Below, one piece after another: positions 1 through 9,039 of a stretch of DNA of 32,000 nt. The notes under the pieces were generated by a model. The model was given only the letters and a program-made list of their open reading frames with translations, searched no databases and was not told the origin of the DNA. Within the stretch, counting starts at the first letter, position 1; the number at the start of each line of letters is the position of its first letter. The position numbers and the translations under genes are program-made. Source of the stretch: Haloquadratum walsbyi C23 (GTDB lineage Archaea; Halobacteriota; Halobacteria; Halobacteriales; Haloferacaceae); NCBI RefSeq assembly GCF_000237865.1, contig NC_017459.1, positions 690,001 to 722,000 on the forward strand. The letters are read 5' to 3'.

Positions 1-671
1 CTGATCGTACACAGCAAGTGGATACCGTTCTACGTCGGCTTGCAGAGAGATATCCAGATTCAACAATCTCACTTCAGTTTTCAAATCGACTCGAACTTCT
101 GATTGCTGTTGTTCTTTCAGCACAGTGTACTGACGAACGAGTTAACAGCATTACCGCTGATCTGTTTGAAAAGTACGAAACAGCAACTGATTATGCCGCT
201 GCCGACACTGATGAGCTTGCTGAAGACATCTATGGAATTACGTTTCACAATAACAAAGCAGGTTATCTCAAATCAATTGGTGAGACACTTGCTTCGGATT
301 ATGATGGTGACGTGCCTGATACAATGGATGAACTCACTGCCCTCTCAGGTGTTGGACGGAAAACGGCAAATGTGGTCTTACAGCATGGACATGATGTTGT
401 TGAGGGCATCGTTGTTGATACACACGTGCAGCGGATAACCCGCCGACTTGGACTCACAGACGAACAAACACCGAAACAGATTGAGACCGACCTTATGGAA
501 TCTGTCCCGGAGTCCGAATGGCAGCAATTCACACATCTATTTATTAGTCATGGACGAGAAACTTGTACAGCACAAAACCCTGACTGTACAGACTGTATTC
601 TTGAAAGTGTCTGTCCATCCTCAAAATGTGATCATGATATTGATCTTGCCTCAAATACACCATGGAAATAA
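1..671 (+). CDS. nth: Endonuclease III (HhH-GPD DNA glycosylase/AP lyase). The start is either GTG 18 or just upstream of the window.
   Basis: ORF 18..671, and the frame stays open back to nt 3. Helix-hairpin-helix motif 'LSGVGRKTANVV'. Catalytic Asp in 'VVDTHVQRI'. C-terminal 4Fe-4S ligands Cx6Cx2Cx5C ('CTAQNPDCTDCILESVC'). Confidence 0.92.
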   Translation, partial: DRTQQVDTVLRRLAERYPDSTISLQFSNRLELLIAVVLSAQCTDERVNSITADLFEKYETATDYAAADTDELAEDIYGITFHNNKAGYLKSIGETLASDYDGDVPDTMDELTALSGVGRKTANVVLQHGHDVVEGIVVDTHVQRITRRLGLTDEQTPKQIETDLMESVPESEWQQFTHLFISHGRETCTAQNPDCTDCILESVCPSSKCDHDIDLASNTPWK

Positions 672-763
672 TATCTCCTGTCCTCTTTTTCAATAGATGA
701 TCGACGTGAACTGTCAGGATGCGGGATAATATTTCAACTCGAAAATGACTCTATCGTATTGAA

Positions 764-1243
764 TTAGAGCACATATTTTGTCATATATAAATAAAGTCCA
801 AGTGACCATGCGAGAAACCACAATCCAACATAGCCGAAGACACCGACCCGAAGCCGTCCACGCCAAGCACTCATGTTCGGGTGGAGATCATTTAGCTCGG
901 TTTGTTGATCGGGATCATCATAGAATCCAGCGTTTCGCTTGACTTGGAGAATACGGACAATTCCGGTGAGTGCAAAGGCTAATAGCGCATATGCTTGAAG
1001 ACCTAATACTGCATGAAGTGCCACAGCACCACCTAACTGCTGGAGTAGACGCGGAATCATCCACGTTACAACAGGAATTGTATTAAGTATAAGACCTGGA
1101 ATAATAAACTTCAGATGATATGTGAGGACACCCCAGGTGACGGTCTCGGCATCTATCATAATCCATGCACCATATAAATAAAATGGAAGGCTTGCAGTGA
1201 CCATCGATGCAGCGATAAGTGCGATGGTCGACTCTGATAGCAT
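764..1243 (-). CDS. Hypothetical integral membrane protein (about 4-5 TM helices)
   Basis: 159-aa ORF with an ATG start. It has several long hydrophobic segments, and the competing ORFs in other frames are shorter. I recognise no family motif. Confidence 0.6.
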   Translation of the reverse strand: MLSESTIALIAASMVTASLPFYLYGAWIMIDAETVTWGVLTYHLKFIIPGLILNTIPVVTWMIPRLLQQLGGAVALHAVLGLQAYALLAFALTGIVRILQVKRNAGFYDDPDQQTELNDLHPNMSAWRGRLRVGVFGYVGLWFLAWSLGLYLYMTKYVL

Positions 1244-1369
1244 TGTATATGCTATCTCATGAGCGCAGAGCGCCTAAAATAATCGACTTCGGCTTTTTAT
1301 GTCAACAAATAATAGTGAATCACGGCTGAATCGTCACGCTAACTACGGGGCCGTTCTATAGGTCGTATA

Positions 1370-2395
1370 ATGACGGAGTCCTCGAATGATGAGACAGCAA
1401 TCAGTGACGATACTGATGCAGTAGCGGCCGAGGACGCTGACGATAGCTCTCCTGATCAGATAGATACTGCACAGCAACGAACACATGAGGATGGTGACAG
1501 TTCACAAGGCAGGGATGGAAGTGCGAATGAGCACCCCAATGAAGACGAGCAAGCGATTGCAGAACTTCGCGCGGAAGTCGAGGAAACGTATGATTTTGGG
1601 GACTTTGGTCCAGAGGATATGGCTGAGATGACACTCGAAGAGTGGGAAGCAGCATTTGATCCAGATACGTGGATTGTGGGCGAGGAGCTCCTGGATCGGG
1701 TTGAGACCGAACTTAAGGCACGTGTCGCAATCCGCGAGGTGTTTGGAATCGTTGAACGGACTGAAGAGGGTGGGCAAGACCGTGTTGTTGCATACTCCGA
1801 TAACGGATATGCAACGGTGTTTGCTGATGGGTCTGTTGAGGGGGAGGGAACAATCCGCCGTGATGTTGAGCCAACAGTCGCACTCTGTTCAATGGATAGT
1901 TATGAAACAATGAACCCGCCAGCAGATGCATCACTACCGGAACCGCGGGATGTTGTCAAAGGAAGCGGTGAATTCGGTAATTTGATGTTGCAAATTGTCG
2001 CAGCCGCACAAATGATTGTTGGAGTTGGACTTCTCGGCGCATGGCTTTTTATTTCAACATTAGAAACAATCGCAGCGCCAGTTACAGCGGTTATCTTTGT
2101 GCTTATTGGATTCTTCTTGTTCATTGTCGTCGCAAATGCTCGACTTTCAGATCGATTCCGCGTAGAGGAGTACCGTAATCGACTTCAGGCACTTGAAACA
2201 ACGCCTGAACCTGAAGTCGCATCGAATGGGAGAACGGCATTAAACACAGAGGAAGCTAAATCCAATATTGATACCAATAATGACGATACAAATACTTCGA
2301 TGAGCTCTGATACCGCTACTGCCGACGCCAATATCGGTGTAAATCCAAACGCAAACTCACATACCGATAGTGAGGAACACACGGATTCAATATAA
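1370..2395 (+). CDS. Hypothetical, highly acidic protein with two central TM helices and a low-complexity Asn/Thr/Asp/Ser tail
   Basis: 341-aa ORF with haloarchaeal-type acidic composition. TM pair 'LMLQIVAAAQMIVGVGLLGAWLFI' and 'VTAVIFVLIGFFLFIVVA'. All overlapping ORFs are short shadow frames. Confidence 0.65.
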   Translation: MTESSNDETAISDDTDAVAAEDADDSSPDQIDTAQQRTHEDGDSSQGRDGSANEHPNEDEQAIAELRAEVEETYDFGDFGPEDMAEMTLEEWEAAFDPDTWIVGEELLDRVETELKARVAIREVFGIVERTEEGGQDRVVAYSDNGYATVFADGSVEGEGTIRRDVEPTVALCSMDSYETMNPPADASLPEPRDVVKGSGEFGNLMLQIVAAAQMIVGVGLLGAWLFISTLETIAAPVTAVIFVLIGFFLFIVVANARLSDRFRVEEYRNRLQALETTPEPEVASNGRTALNTEEAKSNIDTNNDDTNTSMSSDTATADANIGVNPNANSHTDSEEHTDSI

Positions 2396-2635
2396 TCTGA
2401 CTTACAGCAGTGTCTTCTATCAATCGGAGATTCTGGTGGGAGCCTCTCTTTGAAGTCTGACTGTGAATAGAGTTCATAGATTTGTGCTGGTATCGATAGC
2501 AACCACACAGTCGATCATATGTCTGTGCGTCCTGTCTGTTGTCCACCGGCTTTACTCGCGTGATATTAGATAGTATTTAGCATACATTAGATACTCCCTT
2601 GTGAATCCCACCGTTGGAAACTGCCGATTCGGTGG

Positions 2636-2642
2636 TTTTAAA
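2636..2642 (+). promoter_or_regulatory. Candidate archaeal TATA box for the halocyanin-cytochrome b operon (leaderless or near-leaderless transcript)
   Basis: 'TTTTAAA' is centred about 30 nt upstream of ATG 2669, the usual TATA-to-start spacing for leaderless haloarchaeal mRNAs. This rests on spacing and sequence only. Confidence 0.35.
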
Positions 2643-2668
2643 CAGACCCCTCCCCGACCCCCGGATGT

Positions 2669-3358
2669 ATGAAGAGGCGGGATTTTATGCGGGCAGCAAG
2701 CGTCCCTGCTGCTGCTGCGACAGCCTCCGCAACTGCTGGAGTTGGGTCAGCCCAGGAGATGGGCACAACGACCGAAACACCGAGCGGCACAGGCACTACT
2801 AGCACGACAGGGACTGGGACAGACACAGGAACTGTGACTGGGACCGGAACAGAGACTGGAGAAACGGATGACAATGCTGCAGCGGGTGGTCCAACAAAGA
2901 CAGTGACTGTTGGACCAGACGGGTCGTTAGTGTATGAGCCAGGAACAAGTGATCCGTTGAAGATCGCTCCAGGCACGACTGTCGAGTTTGTCTGGGACTC
3001 CGATAATCATAATATCGCTGTTGAAAGCCAACCTGATGCGGCAGATTGGCAAGGTCATGAGACACTTGAGAATGCTGGATTTACATATAGCCACACATTC
3101 GAAACCCTGGGCACGTATGAATATTTTTGTCAACCACACAAGACAGCGGGAATGGTTGCAAGTATTGAGGTCGTTGAGAATCCGAATGCCGGTGGTGGTG
3201 GCGGCGGTGGTAAAAAAGAACTTCATTCACTTGGTGTTCCAATCCAAGCACACTGGGTTGGTGCGGCAACGATCTTAGCCATTGTCGTTACAGTTATTTT
3301 CACATTCTATATATTGAAGTATGGGGAGTCCGCACATACTGGCACTGGGAGGAATTAA
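2669..3358 (+). CDS. Halocyanin (type-1 blue copper protein) with a Tat signal, a Thr/Gly-rich linker and a C-terminal TM anchor
   Basis: Twin-arginine signal 'MKRRDFMRAAS'. Linker (TGT)n. Cupredoxin ligands: His in 'DSDNHNI' and C-x2-H-x4-M in 'FCQPHKTAGM'. C-terminal helix 'AATILAIVVTVIFTFYIL'. Confidence 0.9.
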   Translation: MKRRDFMRAASVPAAAATASATAGVGSAQEMGTTTETPSGTGTTSTTGTGTDTGTVTGTGTETGETDDNAAAGGPTKTVTVGPDGSLVYEPGTSDPLKIAPGTTVEFVWDSDNHNIAVESQPDAADWQGHETLENAGFTYSHTFETLGTYEYFCQPHKTAGMVASIEVVENPNAGGGGGGGKKELHSLGVPIQAHWVGAATILAIVVTVIFTFYILKYGESAHTGTGRN

Positions 3359-3360
3359 CA

Positions 3361-3747
3361 ATGTCATCAAGCGGGAGTACATATGGGGATATCCATCGAT
3401 ATGAACCGGCGCGTGAAAGTACTGCAGCGGCGATTGCAATCGTCCTATTAACTGTTGTCGAGGTTATATTTGTATTCTTATTCACCTATGGACTTGTCTC
3501 TGGATGGGGACTGACCGATACTGGAAACATGTTCCTTGGTGCAGTTCTTGCTGTCATATTTGTTGACCTTGCGTTTATTCTTGCACTGTATCGTAAAGAA
3601 TTCCTTCCGGACGTCGTTATTGTAAAAAAGCGACGTCGGAAATGGGAAGATCTCTATATCCGTGAGGACGATGTTGATGGGACAGGCTTCGCCGACGGTG
3701 CATGGGATCAAATCAAACACGCTATTTACCCATATTACAAGCGATAA
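3361..3747 (+). CDS. Small membrane protein (2 TM helices, charged C-terminal tail) co-transcribed with the cytochrome b genes
   Basis: 128-aa ORF. Its ATG lies 2 nt after the halocyanin stop and its stop lies 3 nt before the next ATG. It has two hydrophobic helices and then 'KKRRRKWEDLYIREDD'. It has no Rieske CxH/CxxH motifs. Confidence 0.7.
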   Translation: MSSSGSTYGDIHRYEPARESTAAAIAIVLLTVVEVIFVFLFTYGLVSGWGLTDTGNMFLGAVLAVIFVDLAFILALYRKEFLPDVVIVKKRRRKWEDLYIREDDVDGTGFADGAWDQIKHAIYPYYKR

Positions 3748-3750
3748 TCA

Positions 3751-4557
3751 ATGAGTTTAGAAAAAAAAGACGAATACGATCATAAAAGCTGGATGAAAAA
3801 GAAAGATTTGACACCGATCGAGTCAGTCTTTCTGACAAGTCTCATCTGGCTTGATAAACGGCTTCGCATTGTCGATTATTTAGAGTTAATGGAGACTCTT
3901 TATTACCGAGTTAATCTCCAGATGCCGAAGAGCCACACCGAGCAGTATAATCTTGATAATAAATTCTGGTATTGGTATCCGTTGTATACGTTAGGATTCT
4001 TCTCAACACTTGCATACGTTGTTGCTGCGATTTCAGGTGCATTACTGGGGTTTTATTATAGTCCATCTGCGGCTGCTGGTGGCGAGGCAGCTGGAACCGT
4101 TGCATATCAGAGTATTGCGATTATTATGCAGGATCTTCAGTTCGGATTTATGCTCCGATCTATCCATCGCTGGTCTGCGCAGGTCATGGTTGCAGCCGTG
4201 TTCCTCCATATGCTGCGGGTGTACTTCACTGGTGCATATAAGGAGCCTCGTGAGCTGAACTGGCTTATTGGTATTGTACTAATTAGCCTGACGATGGTAT
4301 TTGGGTATACTGGGTATCTACTTCCATGGGATCAGCTTGCATACTGGGCAGGACAGATTGGCGTTGAAATGTCACTTTCAATCCCATTAGCGGGCGAGTG
4401 GATTGCGCAGCTGCTATTCGGTGGGTTCTCACTGGGTCAAGCGACACTTCAACGGATGTACATTATCCACGTATTCTTACTCCCATTCGTGGTGACAACA
4501 TTGATTGCTATTCACATTGGTATCGTCTGGGTACAAGGTATCGCAGAACCACATTAA
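3751..4557 (+). CDS. petB: Cytochrome b6-like protein (cytochrome b N-terminal, di-haem domain)
   Basis: Haem ligand pairs H-x13-H ('HRWSAQVMVAAVFLH') and H-x14-H ('HVFLLPFVVTTLIAIH'). Also 'GYLLPWDQLAYWA', which is typical of cytochrome b/b6. Confidence 0.9.
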   Translation: MSLEKKDEYDHKSWMKKKDLTPIESVFLTSLIWLDKRLRIVDYLELMETLYYRVNLQMPKSHTEQYNLDNKFWYWYPLYTLGFFSTLAYVVAAISGALLGFYYSPSAAAGGEAAGTVAYQSIAIIMQDLQFGFMLRSIHRWSAQVMVAAVFLHMLRVYFTGAYKEPRELNWLIGIVLISLTMVFGYTGYLLPWDQLAYWAGQIGVEMSLSIPLAGEWIAQLLFGGFSLGQATLQRMYIIHVFLLPFVVTTLIAIHIGIVWVQGIAEPH

Positions 4558-4561
4558 GCTA

Positions 4562-5380
4562 ATGAGTGACAATACTACCACATCAAATACGAACACAGGT
4601 TCCGACGCAGACACAGACGCAAGCACGGACGCACAAGAACGAGACATTCGAACAGACGGGACCGGCATCGTTGCGCCGGATGATGAAACTCCGGCATGGA
4701 GCGAGCGAAAAAATCGTAGTACAGGGCTTTCTCGCCTCACATATGAATATTTTGAGCGTGCTCGTCGCGAGGATCAGGACCTTCGACAGGAATCCGATTA
4801 TGTCGAGCGTGACGTACTTGCGTTTCCAACATGGCCACATGAGATCATTCGCAATCTTGCTATAGCGAGTTTCTTTACCGGGATGATCTTGTTTTTATCG
4901 GCGACTCTCCCGCCTCACATTGGATCTCCAGCAAATCCATCAAGCACTCCAGCAATTATCCTTCCTGACTGGTATCTCTACTGGTCATTTGGCTTGTTGA
5001 AGCTTGGTCCGTTAAACCCTGAACTTGCAATCTTAGGTGGCGAAAAGCTGATGAGCGATCGAACATACGGCGTGTTAGCGAATGTAGTGGTCGTTGGTGT
5101 TGTTGCAATTGTTCCCTTCTTGAACAAGGGAAGTGCTCGTCGACCCGTCGAACAGCCCTTCTGGGCTGCTGTTGGTGTCGGCGGTGTCATTTTTGCATTC
5201 ACCATCAGCGTCTACTCTGCCAAGAATCTCATCCCGATGAATGTCCACTTATTATTTGATCTCACGTTCATCCTTCCAGTCGTTGCTGGATTCGTGACAT
5301 GGGCTGTTTTGAAGACAATGCGTGAAGGCTATTCATACGATCTCAATCGACGGTATTACCGTCTTCGTCCACCAAAATAA
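4562..5380 (+). CDS. petD: Cytochrome b C-terminal domain / subunit-IV-like protein with a low-complexity N-terminal extension
   Basis: ATG 4562 lies 4 nt after the petB stop. The longer track ORF from 4505 overlaps petB. Qo-site motif 'PDWY' (PEWY variant) in 'ILPDWYLYWSFGLLK'. Three or more TM helices. Confidence 0.85.
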   Translation: MSDNTTTSNTNTGSDADTDASTDAQERDIRTDGTGIVAPDDETPAWSERKNRSTGLSRLTYEYFERARREDQDLRQESDYVERDVLAFPTWPHEIIRNLAIASFFTGMILFLSATLPPHIGSPANPSSTPAIILPDWYLYWSFGLLKLGPLNPELAILGGEKLMSDRTYGVLANVVVVGVVAIVPFLNKGSARRPVEQPFWAAVGVGGVIFAFTISVYSAKNLIPMNVHLLFDLTFILPVVAGFVTWAVLKTMREGYSYDLNRRYYRLRPPK

Positions 5381-5539
5381 GCTCATATCTCACATCTTAT
5401 ACTACACGGCATAGCATACTAATTATTGCTTGCTGATTTTGATTTTATGATTATTTCTATTGTCATATATCTATCGTCGCATTATCATGTCTATTCTCTT
5501 CTTGAAATGACTGTGTGACACATCGCGATTTACGACCAT

Positions 5540-5550
5540 CCCTCGACGGT
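5540..5550. repeat. Target-site duplication, left copy (CCCTCGACGGT)
   Basis: The same 11-mer directly flanks both ends of the IS (5540-5550 and 7219-7229). Confidence 0.85.
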
Positions 5551-7218
5551 CTGTCTCTTACCCATAACTCAATACTAGAGGGTAATTTCAACCAAATCAG
5601 GCATGAAAAGAAGAGATCAATCAAATTTCCATCAGTATCTGCCCAAGATTAGAGAAGTATCCATGAAGCCGCTTGAAAAGCTCAGTTGAACTCGTTATTT
5701 CGGCGGGTTCTGCTAAATGAGCCCGCTTCGCGGCTCATTCAGCACCGAGTTCGTATCCTTCAGCCCACATGCGTAGCTTCTGGAGTCCTTTCCACATCGT
5801 CTCCCACCCTGGTGGCGGATCTGAACCACGATCGAGATAACCGCCGAGTTTAGCCACGCTCACTGCGTATGATTTCCCATCTTGACCGCTCAATTCTGGA
5901 AATTTCGTTTCCAGAATTGTGCGCTCTGCCTCACTCAGCAGGACCGCCGGAGATACTGAACTATCACCACGAGCAAGTTCTCGTAGCTCCAGAACCTTCC
6001 ACGCGATCACTGAATACATGCTCAACAACACTTCCATCCGCTCCCAAGTCTGCAGTTGCCGTTCTTCGATGTTACAGCCACTCTTGAGCACTTTATGCCA
6101 GTCTTCAATTCGCCAGCGGAGGCCGTAATAGTCGATGAGTGTCAGCGTTTCCTCAAACTCTTCGACCGATTCAGTGGTGAGCAACACCCACTGAATCGGG
6201 TCGTCATTTTCACCGACCTCGTCGACTCTCACGACATTCACCTCGATTGAACCCTCTTGTTCAGGATTATTCCTTGGCGCGCGCAACTCACATGTTCCAG
6301 TGGCTATCGACAACTCCGCCGTTCTCGCTTCGCGCCCACCTCCCTGTTGAATCTCGATTGTTTTGCGACCTTGCTCGGCAAGGTCGCTGCTCCAGTCAAA
6401 GAGTTTTCCAGGTTCACCATCATCAGTCCAAATCCGTCGGTTTTGACTCGCTCGGATGATAAAGCCAGCATTTTCCATCTTTCTGGTGACTTCCTCGTAG
6501 AATGCGAATGAATCTGCACCTCGGTCATGGATAAATAGCGGGCGGATATCATCGGCAAGCCAGTCTCTGGCTTGCCTGTCGCCACGGCTCCATTTCTCAT
6601 GTTCACTGTCAAGTTGAATCGGCTCTGCTTTGCCGTTGGCATCGTACTTCTCATCGGCCTGCTGGTCCTCGATCAGCGGCTGCTGATCGATGACCCCAGT
6701 CATTCGATGGGTCCGTGGATTGATTCCGATCGTGGAGTGAAGCTTGATACCTTCGAGATCCATCTCAGAGTTGCCAATATCACCGAGACCCTCCTTGGAG
6801 GGATGTCTCGGAAACACGAGTTCGGTGGTATCGGAGATAATCAGGAGTTCGTCTGACCGACTCACTCTTGATTGCTGTTGCTGCTTGTGAGCAGAGAGAA
6901 TCTCGTTGGGATCCACATTCTCATTATCGCAAAATCGGTATGTAGCTTTTGTGGACGCCCAGTCTCCGCAGGCAGCAGGGATGGACTCGGCAGGCGAGCT
7001 GCCGATGCCGAGTTCATCCCCAAGTTGTACTAGTCGGTCACTCAGGCGCTTGTCTCCAAACTCGGCTGATCGAAACTCCGTTTGAATCCATCCTGAAACA
7101 TCCATGTCACACAGCTGCCCATCTTCATCGAGTTCTGGCTTCCAATTCCGTGAGCGACGCCCCATCTACCGATCTTGGTTCGTCTACTCTTCCATTAGGA
7201 CTTATGGGTAAGAGACAG
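5551..7218 (-). mobile_element. IS4-family (IS50/Tn5-like) insertion sequence, 1668 bp, apparently intact
   Basis: Perfect 17-bp terminal inverted repeats CTGTCTCTTACCCATAA (5551-5567, and reverse complement at 7202-7218). A single 476-aa DDE transposase ORF. An 11-bp direct target duplication. Confidence 0.93.
5735..7165 (-). CDS. IS4-family DDE transposase (Tn5 Tnp-like)
   Basis: 476 aa. N-terminal 'FGDKRLSDRLVQL'. DDE/YREK signature: 'ISDTTEL', 'IHDRGADS', 'YYGLRWRIEDWHKVLKSG'. C-terminal 'KLGGYLDRGSDPPPGWETMWKGLQKL' resembles the Tn5 Tnp dimerisation end. Confidence 0.95.
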   Translation of the reverse strand: MGRRSRNWKPELDEDGQLCDMDVSGWIQTEFRSAEFGDKRLSDRLVQLGDELGIGSSPAESIPAACGDWASTKATYRFCDNENVDPNEILSAHKQQQQSRVSRSDELLIISDTTELVFPRHPSKEGLGDIGNSEMDLEGIKLHSTIGINPRTHRMTGVIDQQPLIEDQQADEKYDANGKAEPIQLDSEHEKWSRGDRQARDWLADDIRPLFIHDRGADSFAFYEEVTRKMENAGFIIRASQNRRIWTDDGEPGKLFDWSSDLAEQGRKTIEIQQGGGREARTAELSIATGTCELRAPRNNPEQEGSIEVNVVRVDEVGENDDPIQWVLLTTESVEEFEETLTLIDYYGLRWRIEDWHKVLKSGCNIEERQLQTWERMEVLLSMYSVIAWKVLELRELARGDSSVSPAVLLSEAERTILETKFPELSGQDGKSYAVSVAKLGGYLDRGSDPPPGWETMWKGLQKLRMWAEGYELGAE

Positions 7219-7229
7219 CCCTCGACGGT
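7219..7229. repeat. Target-site duplication, right copy (CCCTCGACGGT)
   Basis: Identical to 5540-5550 and immediately outside the right IS terminus. Confidence 0.85.
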
Positions 7230-7505
7230 GGGGGGTGACACTATTGAACTAGACATCATCACAAGTTCAAAATAAAAAGCGATTTCACATCACTGCCCAA
7301 TCAATTATATAATGCTAATTGACCTGCGATGGGTGGAAAAGCAGCGGTATAACGCGGGTGTCGCAGGACATAGTGATAATAGCATGAATATACACGAAGC
7401 ACATTCTAAACGCAGGATTATTATTTTTCTTTGGTGTACGTATATTGAAAATATGCCATTCAGGGTATCATCTATTACCTCTCTGGTGACAACAATGAGG
7501 AGACA

Positions 7506-7916
7506 ATGACGGACGACAACTCTCTAACAGCACGCACAGAACAAAATGACATTGACACTACTGACATGACGACAGAATCTGAGTCTGAAAGACGTGATAT
7601 CGTCGTTCCAATGCGAGTTTATAAAACTGTTACAGTGTTTTCGACGCTGCTTGCAGTGGTGAGTGTTGTGATTGGATTTCTATTTTTAGATGCGGCAACA
7701 TTGAACGTCAGTTTAGTCGGTGACCTCGTCAGGTTTATACTTGTCATCCTTAATATATCGATTCCAGAATCTGTGCTTAGCAGCCTTTTTGCGGTGATTG
7801 GACTAGGGAGTATTGGATTGGGTGCAGGTGTCTATGTGATCGGAACTCGATTTCGTGCTCAAGGAATGGGAAAGTCTCAAGAGGACGCCAGCGAATCATC
7901 GGATACAAATGGCTGA
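7506..7916 (+). CDS. Hypothetical membrane protein (acidic N-terminus, 3 TM helices)
   Basis: 136-aa ORF with an ATG start. Hydrophobic helices 'VTVFSTLLAVVSVVIGFLFL' and 'LFAVIGLGSIGLGAGVYVIG'. Its stop overlaps the next gene's start (ATGGCTGA). Confidence 0.6.
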   Translation: MTDDNSLTARTEQNDIDTTDMTTESESERRDIVVPMRVYKTVTVFSTLLAVVSVVIGFLFLDAATLNVSLVGDLVRFILVILNISIPESVLSSLFAVIGLGSIGLGAGVYVIGTRFRAQGMGKSQEDASESSDTNG

Positions 7917-8181
7917 TGAGTTCATCAAAGGGCTTGGAATCTTTACTGCGGGTGGACTCGGATGGATGGTACTCGCAGGATGGTACCGAACTGAGAGCTT
8001 TGAAAGCAGCCAACAACTCGTTGCGCCTGTATCGCTTAGTGACTCAGCGACGATGTTCGATACAATGGGCGTGCTGTTGATGGATACTTTCTTTTGGTTC
8101 ACAATCATCGGCGCGTTGACTTTCTGGGTACTAATCCCAGTCGTCAGACAAGCCCGTGAGGTAATTCAAGATGGTAGTTGA
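7909..8181 (+). CDS. Hypothetical small membrane protein (2 TM helices), translationally coupled to 7506..7916
   Basis: ATG 7909 ('MADEFIKGLGIFTAGGLGWMVLAGWY') overlaps the upstream TGA (7914-7916). The track ORF from 7855 is an in-frame upstream extension with a non-ATG start. Confidence 0.55.
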   Translation: MADEFIKGLGIFTAGGLGWMVLAGWYRTESFESSQQLVAPVSLSDSATMFDTMGVLLMDTFFWFTIIGALTFWVLIPVVRQAREVIQDGS

Positions 8182-8566
8182 GTACGTTCAGGAATATCGA
8201 AGCAACTGTTAGATAACTAAGAGATTCTGAAGTTATTCATTGATACGGATACAATACTTACTATCCAGTATTCAGTGTGTGATGCGCAATACTGTACAGT
8301 TCAGATTATGATTGATTTGACTGACTGCATGAACATATCATATATGACAATCAATTAATACAAGACTTTGCTGAAATCAATATGTGGTCATAAATCAGAT
8401 CATATCACGACATGTGTTATCTGAATTTATTATATATTTGTTATTATTTTGATAAAGACAAAATAATCAGACAGCGAAGATAATGCCGGGTGCATCACCG
8501 GTCAGTCATTCAGATGGCTATATTGATTAGAAAAACTCTAAATCCCCCTCCGCATACGCTCTGAAT

Positions 8567-9016
8567 ATGCATCCGCTCCAGTTTATTATCCCTCTCGATG
8601 CGTTAGCAGCGGTTGCCCCGATTCTCGCGTACATCACACTGGGGCTTGCTCTTCTCAATCTTCTAACGCGCATCGTCCAGCATAGATTTCATCTTAAACA
8701 GGCAAAAGCAAGTGACGATGATGAAGGACTCAATCGATGGCTTCCACATACAGCAACAACAGTGGGGCTTGTGCTTGTATCGTTTTTATATATGATTCCA
8801 CACCCTCATGGTGGGATGGTGATGTCAGTGCTCGCACTTGGCGTTCTCTTTGCAGACTTCTTTGAGTATGAGTCTCGACTTGTCGAAGCACGGTCGAAAA
8901 GCAAACAACTCAGCCGCCCAATTGCAGCTGTTGGTGCATCTGCGTTCATGCTTTTATACGCGGCATATCAGAGTGTATTTTTCGTTATCGAGCCGGTGTG
9001 GAACTCAATTGTCTGA
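8567..9016 (+). CDS. Hypothetical integral membrane protein (4 TM helices)
   Basis: 149-aa ORF with an ATG start and four clear hydrophobic helices. I recognise no family. Confidence 0.6.
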   Translation: MHPLQFIIPLDALAAVAPILAYITLGLALLNLLTRIVQHRFHLKQAKASDDDEGLNRWLPHTATTVGLVLVSFLYMIPHPHGGMVMSVLALGVLFADFFEYESRLVEARSKSKQLSRPIAAVGASAFMLLYAAYQSVFFVIEPVWNSIV

Positions 9017-9039
9017 GTTGACTGCAGTTGTGCAAACAT

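Noticed and set aside
2780-2870. Imperfect tandem repeat (GGNACNGNN)n, considered as a microsatellite or spacer-repeat array
   Set aside because: It lies in frame within the halocyanin CDS and encodes the Thr/Gly-rich (TGT)n linker. It is coding low complexity, not CRISPR or non-coding repeat DNA.
4505-4561. Longer N-terminal extensions offered by the ORF track (4505 for petD, 7855, 10955, 12788, 13721, 21854, 29604)
   Set aside because: The extensions overlap the preceding gene, use non-ATG codons, or add residues unlike the conserved family N-termini. In each case an internal ATG gives a canonical protein start.
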